A stretch of DNA of 64,000 bases from Nitrosopumilus sp. (lineage in GTDB: Archaea > Thermoproteota > Nitrososphaeria > Nitrososphaerales > Nitrosopumilaceae), in the NCBI GenBank assembly GCA_965204345.1, contig OZ241981.1, forward strand, positions 1 through 64,000, read 5' to 3'. The position numbers and the translations under genes were made by a program. The notes beneath the pieces were generated by a model. That model was not told the DNA's origin, did no database searches, and saw only the letters and a program-made list of their open reading frames with translations. Below are positions 1 through 14,310 of this stretch, piece after piece. The stretch's first letter is position 1, and every line of letters starts with the position of its first letter.

Positions 1-17
1 AATATGGTATCCTCATC

Positions 18-1172
18 ATGAAAGCCGTGCTGTTAGCTGCCGGCAAAGGCAGCAGGTTAAGTCCCATCACAGATGATCTGCCAAAGCAGATGATATCTGT
101 GGGCGGCAAGCCCCTTCTCCAGTACATTATAGAGGAGCTAAAGTCTTGTGGAATAGATCAGGTTTGTATCGTCATCAGCAGCAGTGGTAATAATAATAAT
201 AATAGTGATGATGATGCTGCCGCTGATGATGATGATGATGACAGCAGCAGCAGCACCGGCAGTACAACTGCTCACAAAAGCAAAATCCAACGATACTTTA
301 AGAATGGGATGTCCCTTGGCATTAAAATTACGTATGCTGAGCAAACGACACTTGACGGAACCGCAGGTGCGCTGCGACTGGCCGAAAAATTCGTCAAAAG
401 GGACAGCTTTGTCTTGTGCCTTACAGACATCCTGATTCCAGAGGGACTGGGCAATTTTTTTAGAAACATTGATCCGGACTCAGAGGCCACAATTCTGTCA
501 TCTAAGGTATCAAAGGCGCAAGCCAAAGTCTCCGGAACAATCCACACCAGCAAAAGTGCAAGTGATAATAATAATAATAATAATAATGATGATGATGATG
601 ATAATGATGTTAGTAACAACAGCGGCCAATACGTGAGAAAACTAAAGGAAAAAGACCCAAACCCCACAAGCAGGCTCGTATGGGCAGGCCTGGCACATTT
701 TGCCTCAGATGAAATCTTTGAAGCAATAAAGTCAATAAAGAAATCATCCCGGGGCGAGTATGAGATTACCGATGCAATGAACTACCTGATCTCATCTGGG
801 AAGAAGACGATCAAAAACCAACCCTGCAAAAAATACCTGGACTTTGGCACTCCTCCCGGACTACGCGATGCCCTGAGATTCATCCTCAAGGAAAAAGAGA
901 GACAAAAAGAACAAGCAAATCAAAAAGAGAAACAAACCCCCAAAACCAGAAAGAATCCTTCTGCTACATTTGGCCCAAACCACATATCCCGAGGCGTAAA
1001 AATCGGCAAGGGCGTCAAGCTTGGGCCCTTTGTCTCAATAGACAAGGATGTGAAGATTTCCGACTCTGTTCAGATCAAAAACAGCATAGTGCTTGCAGGC
1101 GCATCCATTCCAAAAAATGCCAAAATTGCCGACTGCCTGGTTTCAAAAAACAGCATTCTAAAGCTAGCTTGA
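18..1172 (+). CDS. Sugar-phosphate nucleotidyltransferase (RmlA/GlmU-like) with C-terminal hexapeptide repeats and low-complexity N/D/S insertions
   Basis: LAAGKGSRL..T...PK N-terminal motif; GTAGAL; RGEYEITD; DFGTP; C-terminal left-handed beta-helix-like repeats. Confidence 0.9.
   Translation: MKAVLLAAGKGSRLSPITDDLPKQMISVGGKPLLQYIIEELKSCGIDQVCIVISSSGNNNNNSDDDAAADDDDDDSSSSTGSTTAHKSKIQRYFKNGMSLGIKITYAEQTTLDGTAGALRLAEKFVKRDSFVLCLTDILIPEGLGNFFRNIDPDSEATILSSKVSKAQAKVSGTIHTSKSASDNNNNNNNDDDDDNDVSNNSGQYVRKLKEKDPNPTSRLVWAGLAHFASDEIFEAIKSIKKSSRGEYEITDAMNYLISSGKKTIKNQPCKKYLDFGTPPGLRDALRFILKEKERQKEQANQKEKQTPKTRKNPSATFGPNHISRGVKIGKGVKLGPFVSIDKDVKISDSVQIKNSIVLAGASIPKNAKIADCLVSKNSILKLA
172..256 (+). repeat. 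Compound trinucleotide microsatellite (AGC/AAT/GAT/GCT) inside CDS
   Basis: Encodes SSSGNNNNNSDDDAAADDDDDDSSSS. Confidence 0.9.
562..620 (+). repeat. (AAT)n(GAT)n microsatellite inside CDS
   Basis: Encodes SDNNNNNNNDDDDDND. Confidence 0.9.
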
Positions 1173-1370
1173 TAATGATACAAAATCTTGGAATATTGGT
1201 TTTGAATGTATGAGATACTTACAGCATCCCATGAGGATAATGTTGGAGTTTTGAGATTCATCAAAAAAGAACTAGTTCCAAATTGTAAACATCCAAAGAA
1301 GATGAGGAATAAAATTTCTGATGGTCAAGTATTTATATGAATTATAATTCAGATCTAAATCTTTATCTTA

Positions 1371-1679
1371 ATGATGCCCGTCTGCAAAGTATTGAAACAA
1401 TTAGAATTTCTTCTAGATGAACATGTAAGTGGTTTTGCTAAAAAATTATTGGAATTAGGTTATAAAGTAGAATATGCCAAAAAACTAAGAGAACAAGAAG
1501 AGAAATTTAGAAATGATTTCAATTTACTACAGTACACAAAAGAAAATAATATAATTTTTGTAACTAAAGATAAAGAAAATGGCCAAACATGTAAAGATAA
1601 CAATCTTCCTTGTATCTGGTTGAGTGATGAGCAAATATTTGATGAGATGATCCTTCCTAAATTGAAGGATTTTGAATAA
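1371..1679 (+). CDS. PIN-like (Mut7-C/DUF5615-type) domain protein
   Basis: FLLDEHV...LLELGY...ND..LL.Y..ENNIIFVTKD pattern. Confidence 0.7.
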   Translation: MMPVCKVLKQLEFLLDEHVSGFAKKLLELGYKVEYAKKLREQEEKFRNDFNLLQYTKENNIIFVTKDKENGQTCKDNNLPCIWLSDEQIFDEMILPKLKDFE

Positions 1680-1923
1680 CTGTATCTATTTTCATCCTCA
1701 ACTTAGTGGCTAAATCCGTGGACTCTACGCATAATTCTGATATGTTTTGTTCTTACCTCACCTAGAAAACTCCCACTAAATATGATAACAATAATCTGAA
1801 ATAATATCTGGTTTTCATTTTTACCTTTTTTGAATTTTAATTCAAACTATGACTATGGGCTTTTTTGACCTCATCTTTATTCCCAAAAATACTATCTGAA
1901 TCCCCTTGAGTAACCTCTATGAT

Positions 1924-3222
1924 CTAAAAATTCTCAGATGATAAGACAATTTTTTTAATGTCTTCTTTGGTATGGCTGTCTGATATCGCTCCAAGCTTTC
2001 CTGGCAAAAAGAATATCCCATCACTTGTAATCATTTTAAAATGATATTTTGTAAGCGTTGTACCATCACACTTTGCCGCCTGGGTGGAATTTGTCACTTC
2101 GGTGATTCCATTTTTTAGAAAATGAGTCATAAATAATGACCCTTTGCCCGTAACCTTGACTCTGCCGTCAAATACCTTTTCTATCTCTCTTCTTGCAAAT
2201 TTCCCTAACGAGTTAATTTTTGAATATGTTGATCTTTTTGATTTTAGATAATTTAATGTTGAATATCCTGCTATCATCGAAGCTGGATTTGCAGAAAATG
2301 TACCACCTCCAACATAGGAACGCTCTGTTTTTTTCTTTCCGATTATATTTGCATATTGCATAGTATCATTTTTTCCACAAATAACTCCAATGGCCATCCC
2401 TCCACCAATAATTTTTCCCAATGTTACAATGTCTGGATCAAGTTTCATAGTTGGATAAAGACATCCATATCTAAATCTAAAACCTGTAACTATCTCATCT
2501 AAAATAAACAATGATTTATTTTTGTGAACAAATTCTTGAATGCCCTTAAGATATTCTGAGGTAGCTGGTATGCATCCACCCCCGCCTAATACTGGTTCTA
2601 TGATTACTCCAGCTAAATTCTTTGCATGTTTTTTTAGAATTTTTAGCGAACCTTCTAAATCATTATATGGAATTGAAATAATTTTTTCCTCATTGGTTAT
2701 TCCACTGCTTTCTGATTCTGAAAATGGCCAATTGACACTTTTTAGCAAATCTGAAGTATATCCGTGCCATCCACCATCAATTTTTGCAATTATTTTTCTA
2801 CCTGTTGCAGAACGAGCTAATCGCACTGCATACATTGTAGCTTCAGTACCTGATGTAACATAACGAATTTTTTCTGCAACTGGAACCGCCTTTGAAATTA
2901 ACTCTGATAATTTTATTGTCTGCTCATTTACAGTACCATACATCCAACTTTTTTCAATTTGTTTTTTCAGAGACTCTTTGACATTTTTTGGACCATGTCC
3001 TAATATCAGACTCCAATGCCCCATCCAGTAATCTGTGTACTTGTTGTTATCTACATCTATCAAGTTTTTTCCTGAGGATGACTTTACAACAAATGGATAT
3101 GGTTCATAAAATCGTATATTGTGACTTACTCCGTTGACATGAAGTTTTAATGACTTTGCAAATATTTTTGCAGAATTCCTTGTTTTCTTTTTGTATTCTG
3201 ATTGATAGTTTGCCAAAAGCAA
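1924..3222 (-). CDS. hemL: Glutamate-1-semialdehyde 2,1-aminomutase (class III aminotransferase)
   Basis: [24 protein letters not shown] lysine in [15 protein letters not shown]; divergent from 16S, the arrangement known in marine thaumarchaea. Confidence 0.85.
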   Translation of the reverse strand: MLLANYQSEYKKKTRNSAKIFAKSLKLHVNGVSHNIRFYEPYPFVVKSSSGKNLIDVDNNKYTDYWMGHWSLILGHGPKNVKESLKKQIEKSWMYGTVNEQTIKLSELISKAVPVAEKIRYVTSGTEATMYAVRLARSATGRKIIAKIDGGWHGYTSDLLKSVNWPFSESESSGITNEEKIISIPYNDLEGSLKILKKHAKNLAGVIIEPVLGGGGCIPATSEYLKGIQEFVHKNKSLFILDEIVTGFRFRYGCLYPTMKLDPDIVTLGKIIGGGMAIGVICGKNDTMQYANIIGKKKTERSYVGGGTFSANPASMIAGYSTLNYLKSKRSTYSKINSLGKFARREIEKVFDGRVKVTGKGSLFMTHFLKNGITEVTNSTQAAKCDGTTLTKYHFKMITSDGIFFLPGKLGAISDSHTKEDIKKIVLSSENF

Positions 3223-3500
3223 CTTTCAAAATAAGATCTGCCTTTTTAACTATTGACAAGCATTGTGGGCCTGTGTAAAAACCCCTCCAAAAAAACATGT
3301 AATTTTTACAATTTTTTGCATCGATCAGGCACAATTTTACGTATGGTTTATATGGATTCTGCATTCTTCGGCTCTTGCATACGTAACGCAATAGGCGGCG
3401 CTCGTGATGAAGTATGGCAAGATGCCACTTTATGATTCATGGGCCTCCAGTTACGCATACAAAAATGAGGATTTGATCAAGTGATCAATATCTGAGATGT

Positions 3501-3519
3501 GAAGATTATGTGCATCCGT
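3501..3519 (+). other. 5' arm of pre-16S processing stem (pairs with 5065-5083)
   Basis: GAAGATTATGTGCATCCGT is complementary, with G-U pairs, to ACGGGTGTACATAGTCTTC. Confidence 0.8.
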
Positions 3520-3577
3520 CAATTCCAATTAAAGTACAAATGTACTTCAATAATCAAAATGCAAAACAAATATTCAG

Positions 3578-5048
<1,471 letters not shown>

Positions 5049-5199
5049 TAGAAAAGGAAAGTGTACGGGTGTACATAGTCTTCATGTTGAATCATCGATG
5101 CAATGCATCACAAAAGTGATGTATGAAGGATGTAGCGGGTTCCTGCCAGGGAACTTGCAATGATCGTCGTGCATAGTCGTGTAATATGTGGCTGAATAT

Positions 5200-8188
<2,989 letters not shown>

Positions 8189-8273
8189 TTCAGCCACTTA
8201 CATAGAGACATACACAGCCTTGGTGTTATGCCAAGGCTGTGTCATGCACGACGATCATATATTACACGACTAT
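8189..8273 (+). other. 3' arm of pre-23S processing stem with bulge-helix-bulge-like motif and a 12-bp hairpin
   Basis: 5188-5196 pairs with 8189-8197; bulge TAT 5185-5187; GTAA/TTAC 4-bp helix; bulge ATA 8202-8204; hairpin 8212-8242; 5160-5174 pairs with 8244-8258. Confidence 0.75.
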
Positions 8274-8671
8274 TTTTATTTCCTTTAAGGGATCCTTTGT
8301 TTGTGATTCCTTATTTGTAACTAGGAACAGCTCCTTAGTTTCAAAATTTTGTATCTGAGATACACTTGCCAAACAAAATCAACAATTCAGCCTGTCTTGA
8401 AATTCCTCAAGTGAAATCAAAGCAATCTTTTGTTGTTTATGATTGGAAATTTGATTCTAAGATGACACACTGAACTTGCTTTGTTAGACAAGACATCTTT
8501 GGGCATGCAAGTAAACCAACGTCTGCATCATAAAGAAAACCCGTCAATTGTTTCATTTTAAAGATCTTTTTGATTCAAAACAATCAAAACCCTTCAAATC
8601 ATCTCCAATTTGGAATGCTCTGGAGGGATGTTTAATGCAAACATTGCGGCAAGACTTAAAATCTAACTGCT

Positions 8672-9031
8672 CTATCTTACAAAGTTCAGCTGAGGCTCAT
8701 ATACTCCAAGCAGAACACATTCAGAAAAGCGTCTCTCCCTTGTATCGTCAATTCTGATGTATCTTACCATATAGCTTTCAATTTTTTGGGGAAGTTTTGA
8801 GCGCCTCTTAATCTTGTTGTGAATGTTGTATAATCCAATTCCCATAAGATGCTCCTGCATTCTGCTGTAAAACGAGTTGGTCTCTCCAATGTAGACTGGT
8901 TTACTGTCTGAGTTTGGCGTATAAATCAGGTGTACTACAGGAAAATCAAACCGATTGTTGCTTGTAATGTATGATATCTTGTGCGCCTTGGAGTTTGCTA
9001 TGACCTTTTGCAGTCGTATGTAATTTACCAT
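8672..9031 (-). CDS. Single-domain GIY-YIG nuclease family protein
   Basis: VHLIY...VYIGET...SRMQEH...E.....P.LN motif set. Confidence 0.75.
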   Translation of the reverse strand: MVNYIRLQKVIANSKAHKISYITSNNRFDFPVVHLIYTPNSDSKPVYIGETNSFYSRMQEHLMGIGLYNIHNKIKRRSKLPQKIESYMVRYIRIDDTRERRFSECVLLGVYEPQLNFVR

Positions 9032-9697
9032 TTGCAGACACCTGCCTGAAACAATAAAACAAACGACGAAAATATTGTAAAAATATCATTCCTCTTTTGT
9101 CTCATATTCAGAAAAAAATCACACATAAAGCTGATAAAGATTTCTACACTATGTCCAGAAAGGCAAACGAATTGCTATTTGCACAAACTCGATGCGGGTT
9201 CTTCTAAGATAGAGCCCATAGCACTCAAAAATAATATCAGACTTGTTTGTAATATTAGAAAAAATACAACTTTGCAACTAACCAATATTTTTTTTAAAGC
9301 CAAAAATATTTTTTACAAAATATGAAAAACCCTGCTCTGCATTATGGGTCGTACACAAAGACGGATATCTTTTTTGCAGCTTGTGCGGTGTGAAAAAAAA
9401 CAGGCTCATCATCGTCTCATGGTGTTTATGAACCATGTGCAGTCCTGTCTGCTAATTGGATTGGATTTCTCAAATGACATTTTGTAAAAATTGGACCTTC
9501 TATAACATTCTGTTTGTTGCATCACATTCCTAGTTCAACTAAACTCTGCATCAAATCCTTGATTTTTTAGGGATTCTTTGATCTGAATCAGCAGGTAATA
9601 GACCATTATTGATTTATTCAGATTCATCTCCTAACAAATGCTCAAAGCACTCAACCAAAATAATTCATGTTAAATAATACAAAATCTTTTTTTTATT

Positions 9698-9979
9698 ATG
9701 GATATGAAACCTGCCATAAACAAACAGAAAATCGCTCCAAAGGCTTTGACAATAACTGGAATGGGTCTGGTAATGTTTGTCCTGCTTTTGCTTACATCTA
9801 ACAAAATTTATGTCCTCGGTCAGATGGTTCCCTTTGAGATAATATATGCTGGAGTAATTATCGGAATTATCGGCATTCCTCTTTATGTGATAAAGAAGAC
9901 TCCCTTCAAGTACATTATTTTATTCCCTGCAATTCTCTTGCTCCTTTTGTTTCTTCTAAGAAGTGATGCCCATGTTTAG
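9698..9979 (+). CDS. Small membrane protein (about 3 TM helices)
   Basis: Three hydrophobic segments in 93 aa. Confidence 0.6.
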   Translation: MDMKPAINKQKIAPKALTITGMGLVMFVLLLLTSNKIYVLGQMVPFEIIYAGVIIGIIGIPLYVIKKTPFKYIILFPAILLLLLFLLRSDAHV

Positions 9980-10421
9980 AAGACTGCTGAACCAATTAAA
10001 CCATCATTCACTTCCACAAGGACTTTTTAACTTGAATCATTGGAATACCCTGTTCCAAACTCTAGACATTTCATAGGACAGTTCAATCCGGGTTTGACAA
10101 ATTCTGATGAATTAATTACTGAAATTTAACGGTAAATTCTCAGAGATGATTTTCTTAAATTATCTAATTCATCTTTGATATTTTTTTGGCCTGTTTAGAC
10201 AACATCTTTCTCGCTATAGGCCAAATTTATAATTACATTCTTTGCACTGACGCTACTGATTGCCAACATTAGGAATTTCTTAAAGGGCTTGAAACTGCAG
10301 AAATAATGTTTATTGATAATAAAAAAAATTTGGCATGCATCATAAATTGGCTGAAAAAGAAGCATGCCGTAACTCAATAAAATTGCTTAAATAACGAAAG
10401 CACATAGAGGTTGGTAATAAC

Positions 10422-10508
10422 ATGAATAACAAAATAAAATATGCAATTCCATTTCTGACGGCAATCTTGCTGATTCCAGCAGCAGCAGCAATGATTAACG
10501 TGCAATGA
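10422..10508 (+). pseudogene. Orphan signal-peptide fragment MNNKIKYAIPFLTAILLIPAAAAMINVQ*
   Basis: 28-codon ORF with n/h/c-region pattern; its TGA overlaps the next ATG (ATGA). Confidence 0.45.
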
Positions 10509-11116
10509 CTAAAACACTGATATTGTCACTGCTAATAGTGGCAGCATTGATACCAACAACAATTTTTGCATGGGATCAACTCGATGACAGACTATACATC
10601 AAGACAGAATTAGAGCAAAAGGAATTTGTGTTAAAGGATGAGTTGAAAAAAGAAGACAATCCAGTAAAGCAAGAAGAAATCCAAAGAAGAATTGATGGTA
10701 TAGATAATTTCAACAAAGCAATTGAACTTGATGAATTAATGCAAAAAGCTATCAAGGATGGCAATATGGAAAAACAAAAAGAATTACAAGAGCAGTTCAA
10801 AGAGATTAATTCCAAAGCAGTTGAATTAGCTGGAGATAGAGTCTACATTGCAAATCTCACTGGTACTGAAAAAGAATACACCTATGATCAAGTATCAAGA
10901 CAATCTTTTGGAATACAATACGCATATGCTTCCCAGTATAATGACTTTGAATTTACTGGTACATACGATGCTTGTATTGGTTCTGATTACAGATTTGTGA
11001 CATGTGGATTCATTGAATCGCAAGAACATCCTGTTGATATCAGTTGGAATCACCCACCTGGCAGTTCCCCATGTCCAGAGAAAAATGCAGCCTATCCTCA
11101 TTGTAAAAGTCCATGA
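10505..11116 (+). CDS. Secreted hypothetical protein with coiled-coil N-terminal region, possibly C-terminally truncated
   Basis: Signal peptide MTKTLILSLLIVAALIPTTIFA; E/K/Q-rich helix. Confidence 0.6.
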   Translation: MTKTLILSLLIVAALIPTTIFAWDQLDDRLYIKTELEQKEFVLKDELKKEDNPVKQEEIQRRIDGIDNFNKAIELDELMQKAIKDGNMEKQKELQEQFKEINSKAVELAGDRVYIANLTGTEKEYTYDQVSRQSFGIQYAYASQYNDFEFTGTYDACIGSDYRFVTCGFIESQEHPVDISWNHPPGSSPCPEKNAAYPHCKSP

Positions 11117-11249
11117 ACTCCCCCACACCCCTGTATCATCCCATCTTTGGACATCTAGTAAGACGTTGACACGAGCAATATCACTTATAATGCCAACAGA
11201 ACCGAACTGATATAATGTTTATAAACTAGTTTATTTCAGACATAATATA

Positions 11250-12413
11250 ATGAAACTTGCTTTACTTGGAATTATCTCTCTAGCTATTTTGGTTCCAATT
11301 GCATTTGCAGATCAACTAAATAACGCCGATGATGACGATGTAGCACCAGCTCCTCCATCAATTGGTGCTGACATTCCCTTGACATATTTTGGACCTGCTC
11401 CCTCTGATGTACAAAAGGAGCTAATTGGTCCGTACCAATTACTAAAATCTGGTCAAATTGATTTAGATGAGGGCACAATTACTTTGCCTCTATACAAAGG
11501 TAAAGTCAGAGATGGTCCGGATGATTTTCATACTGTATGGTATATCCTAACTGATACAACTGACAAGGGAAATGCAGAAGCCTTGGGAATCAACCATTCT
11601 TCAAAACTATCCTATGCCGAAATTGACAAAGCAGTAAGGTATGCCAAGCTACACAGTAATGCAGAACTGGTCTTTACTAGGGGAATGGTTGACTTTGCAC
11701 CAGAAAGAATTGTGACAGGTGATTCATTTCCACCAGAATCATTTCAGCCAGGCTCCGTAGGCGATGAGCACTATACGCCATTGGTATTAATTACAAATGC
11801 AGGACGGCACATTTACAATGCACCAATCATTGCAACCGGCGATGATATTGCAGCGTGTGGAATAGCACCTGATTATACAAAGGTACATGACAAGGTAACT
11901 AGTATCTGTCCTGATGAAGGAACTGTAACCATAAAGTTAACACCAGGGTTTTCATTTGCAAGGCCTGTCTTGTACATTAGTACAGATAGCAATCATGAAT
12001 TGGCAGCAACTCTAGAAGAATCCACATTTGCACCTGCATTAAATGACATTGATGTAGGAAGGGACGACTCTGCATTTTCTGCTGTTGAGAGAATCTTTGT
12101 TATTGCCAATGGTCCTACAGGCAAAGAGAATCCACAAAGACAGGGATTAAACAGCGCAATTATTGATGGACGCTCTCCATTAAATGTACTTGGCGGCATA
12201 CCAACTATAGCTACTGATTACTCTCCATTATGGGATGTAAACTTGGGTTTTTGGACTGATGAGGCATTGGAGAAACATTATGATGCTAGAGTCTCCGAAG
12301 AGTTTCAAATACTGGGTCTAGTTGAACAGGGACACATTACAGGCCCTGACGGTGGGGAATTTGGCAGTACCGGTATAGTTGTCAATTGTCCTATCGTGTT
12401 TAGGTTCTTGTAA
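11250..12413 (+). CDS. Secreted conserved hypothetical protein (YSPLW-motif family)
   Basis: Signal peptide ending AFA; 387-aa intact ORF; DYSPLWDV and VVNCPIV motifs; TTTATAAA box at about 11218-11225. Confidence 0.75.
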   Translation: MKLALLGIISLAILVPIAFADQLNNADDDDVAPAPPSIGADIPLTYFGPAPSDVQKELIGPYQLLKSGQIDLDEGTITLPLYKGKVRDGPDDFHTVWYILTDTTDKGNAEALGINHSSKLSYAEIDKAVRYAKLHSNAELVFTRGMVDFAPERIVTGDSFPPESFQPGSVGDEHYTPLVLITNAGRHIYNAPIIATGDDIAACGIAPDYTKVHDKVTSICPDEGTVTIKLTPGFSFARPVLYISTDSNHELAATLEESTFAPALNDIDVGRDDSAFSAVERIFVIANGPTGKENPQRQGLNSAIIDGRSPLNVLGGIPTIATDYSPLWDVNLGFWTDEALEKHYDARVSEEFQILGLVEQGHITGPDGGEFGSTGIVVNCPIVFRFL

Positions 12414-12645
12414 TTTTTTTAACATCTGACTTTGCTAGAATTGTATCTGTATTCAGGCAGTATTGGATATTCCTTTTCAGCATGCATAGTCTAGTGTACA
12501 TCAAATGCCTTTAGAGGATATTCTTATCCCGTAATCTGACAGAATTGGTAATCCTAACGCCCTGCAATCATAGTAGTTTCATTATGCATGTATTTTGATA
12601 TCTGCTTAAAAATTATTTATTTGTGATTATGAATATTGTTAATAA

Positions 12646-13061
12646 TTGGATGATGATGATGCCATTGATGATAAAGTTGAGATATTCTCAAATGATGATC
12701 TCAAACTAAAATATTTGGGACAAATACTAAGCAGTGAGTCAAGTAGGAAAATACTGATTCTAGTTGCCAAACAAGAAATATCTGCAAATGATATTGCACA
12801 AGAAACTGACCTTAGACTATCTTTGATAATTCATCATCTAAATAAAATGATTCGGGCCGGCGTTGTCAAAGTAAACAAAATTGGAAAAACACAAAAAGCC
12901 ACGACGTAAAGTATTATACTGTCAAGCTTGGCATATTGATTTTGCCTGAAACTATGGCAAGTAAAGCAAAAAAGAGCAAGACATTGTCAAGCTCACTAAA
13001 ACGTATCATAAGGATTGCAGCAGTTGGCGTGCATGCCATGTCCATCTCTCATCAATTCTGA
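12646..13061 (+). pseudogene. ArsR-type winged-helix regulator, frameshifted and truncated
   Basis: SSRKIL....EISANDIA.ETDL.LSLI.HHLNKM; A5 at 12885-12889 shifts frame; shifted frame continues NTKSHDVKYY...LKRIIRIAAVGV. Confidence 0.75.
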
Positions 13062-13475
13062 GGTGTCATCATGAGTTAATCTGATTGAATGACCAGCCTC
13101 ATGAATGGCGGTGGATTGATAGTCTTTTACCCACCATTTCCACCAATCAACTGATACACGATCGCCCCAGCTGTGATCAGTGTTAAACATGATGTCTGAA
13201 TCAACAATAGCTGGACCGCTAATTTTTAGGACATTACGAGCCCACATATTTGATGGCAGGTCATCAGCCCCAACTGTCATGTCTTCGCCTGAAGAGACCT
13301 CATCAAATACTAGATTAGATGATGGTATGCTATTCCATACACTCACTGCAGTTGCAAAATCCTCACACGGGTTTACACTAGACTCTGTATTTAGATCATC
13401 TAATGAATCCAGGCAACGATAATCAACATCATTGTGTATCCATGCACCAGAACCCACTCCATGGTTTGCAAAAGC
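12996..13475 (-). pseudogene. Matrixin/M10-like metzincin protease fragment lacking most of its signal peptide and native C-terminus
   Basis: HEAGHSIRLTH zinc motif, SELM Met-turn, DSDIMFN; frame begins SLPAFA-NHG immediately after a stop. Confidence 0.7.
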
Positions 13476-13679
13476 AGGGAGAGATTATGATATTTCTTAG
13501 TGATAAATGAGATGGTGATAGGATTAGATGCCATGTACGTAACGTACGTTGTCAGTTCTGTTGAGGTATGTTTGATATGTAAAACCATGGATTGGGAAAA
13601 CCATTATCATCTATTCTTTAACTTGTGACTTGACAAAGTTACACGATTCTTTTAAACTAGTCTTGTAAATGCAGTTTTA

Positions 13680-14303
13680 ATGACTGCAAGCAACGTAAAA
13701 ACACTGCTGTCTGCTGGTTTGATTGCAGCAATGATACTGACATTTGGTGGCATGCAGTTTGTACAATTCCAAGAACCATACACGGAAATGCAGATACAAA
13801 AAACCCCTCGAATCCCAATATGAGAAAGACGCCAAATTCAAAGTAAAAAATCCGCTCTTAGAAAAATTGACTTTGGAATCCGACGAACAATCTCTAAATA
13901 ACAAGCATCAAGCATCTGGTGAAAAATCATCAATGGTAGATGATGACGGTCTCAAACTAGAGAATATTTCTCAACGACTAGGGGAGATTTCTGCAGAGTC
14001 TGGAAAGATAAACGCAGAGTCCCCAAAGATATATGCAACCACACCTGAAGAAAAGAACTTGCTAAAAGCACAACAACAAATTGTAAGGGATTCTAATATA
14101 CCATATCATTCCCTTGGGACTGATATGCAAGCAGGTGCTTTGCTTGTTGGTTTTGAGACTCAGGAAATTGCAGATGAATTCATTCCAACATTAAATGAGA
14201 TATTGTCTGTACCGTACCATGTTGAAATTAGGGCGCCTGATGTAGATCTCTCTCTTGTACAAATCTTGATTCAGATTGTAATCCTCTAGATATACAGACA
14301 TGA
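13680..14303 (+). pseudogene. Secreted protein remnant, probably a protease pro-region; two frameshifts
   Basis: MTASNVKTLLSAGLIAAMILTFGGM signal; shift near A6 13798-13803; shift at (CT)n 14247-14255 gives LSCTNLDSDCNPL then stop. Confidence 0.6.
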
Positions 14304-14310
14304 GAGATCC

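Noticed and set aside
5049-5199. tRNA-Ala in the spacer, linked 5S, or rRNA introns
   Set aside because: No cloverleaf or 5S sequence seen; 16S (~1.47 kb) and 23S (~2.99 kb) have normal lengths.
10895-11220. Minus-strand Trp-rich frame overlapping the end of 10505-11116
   Set aside because: No convincing start or family motif; may be a fragment but cannot be supported.
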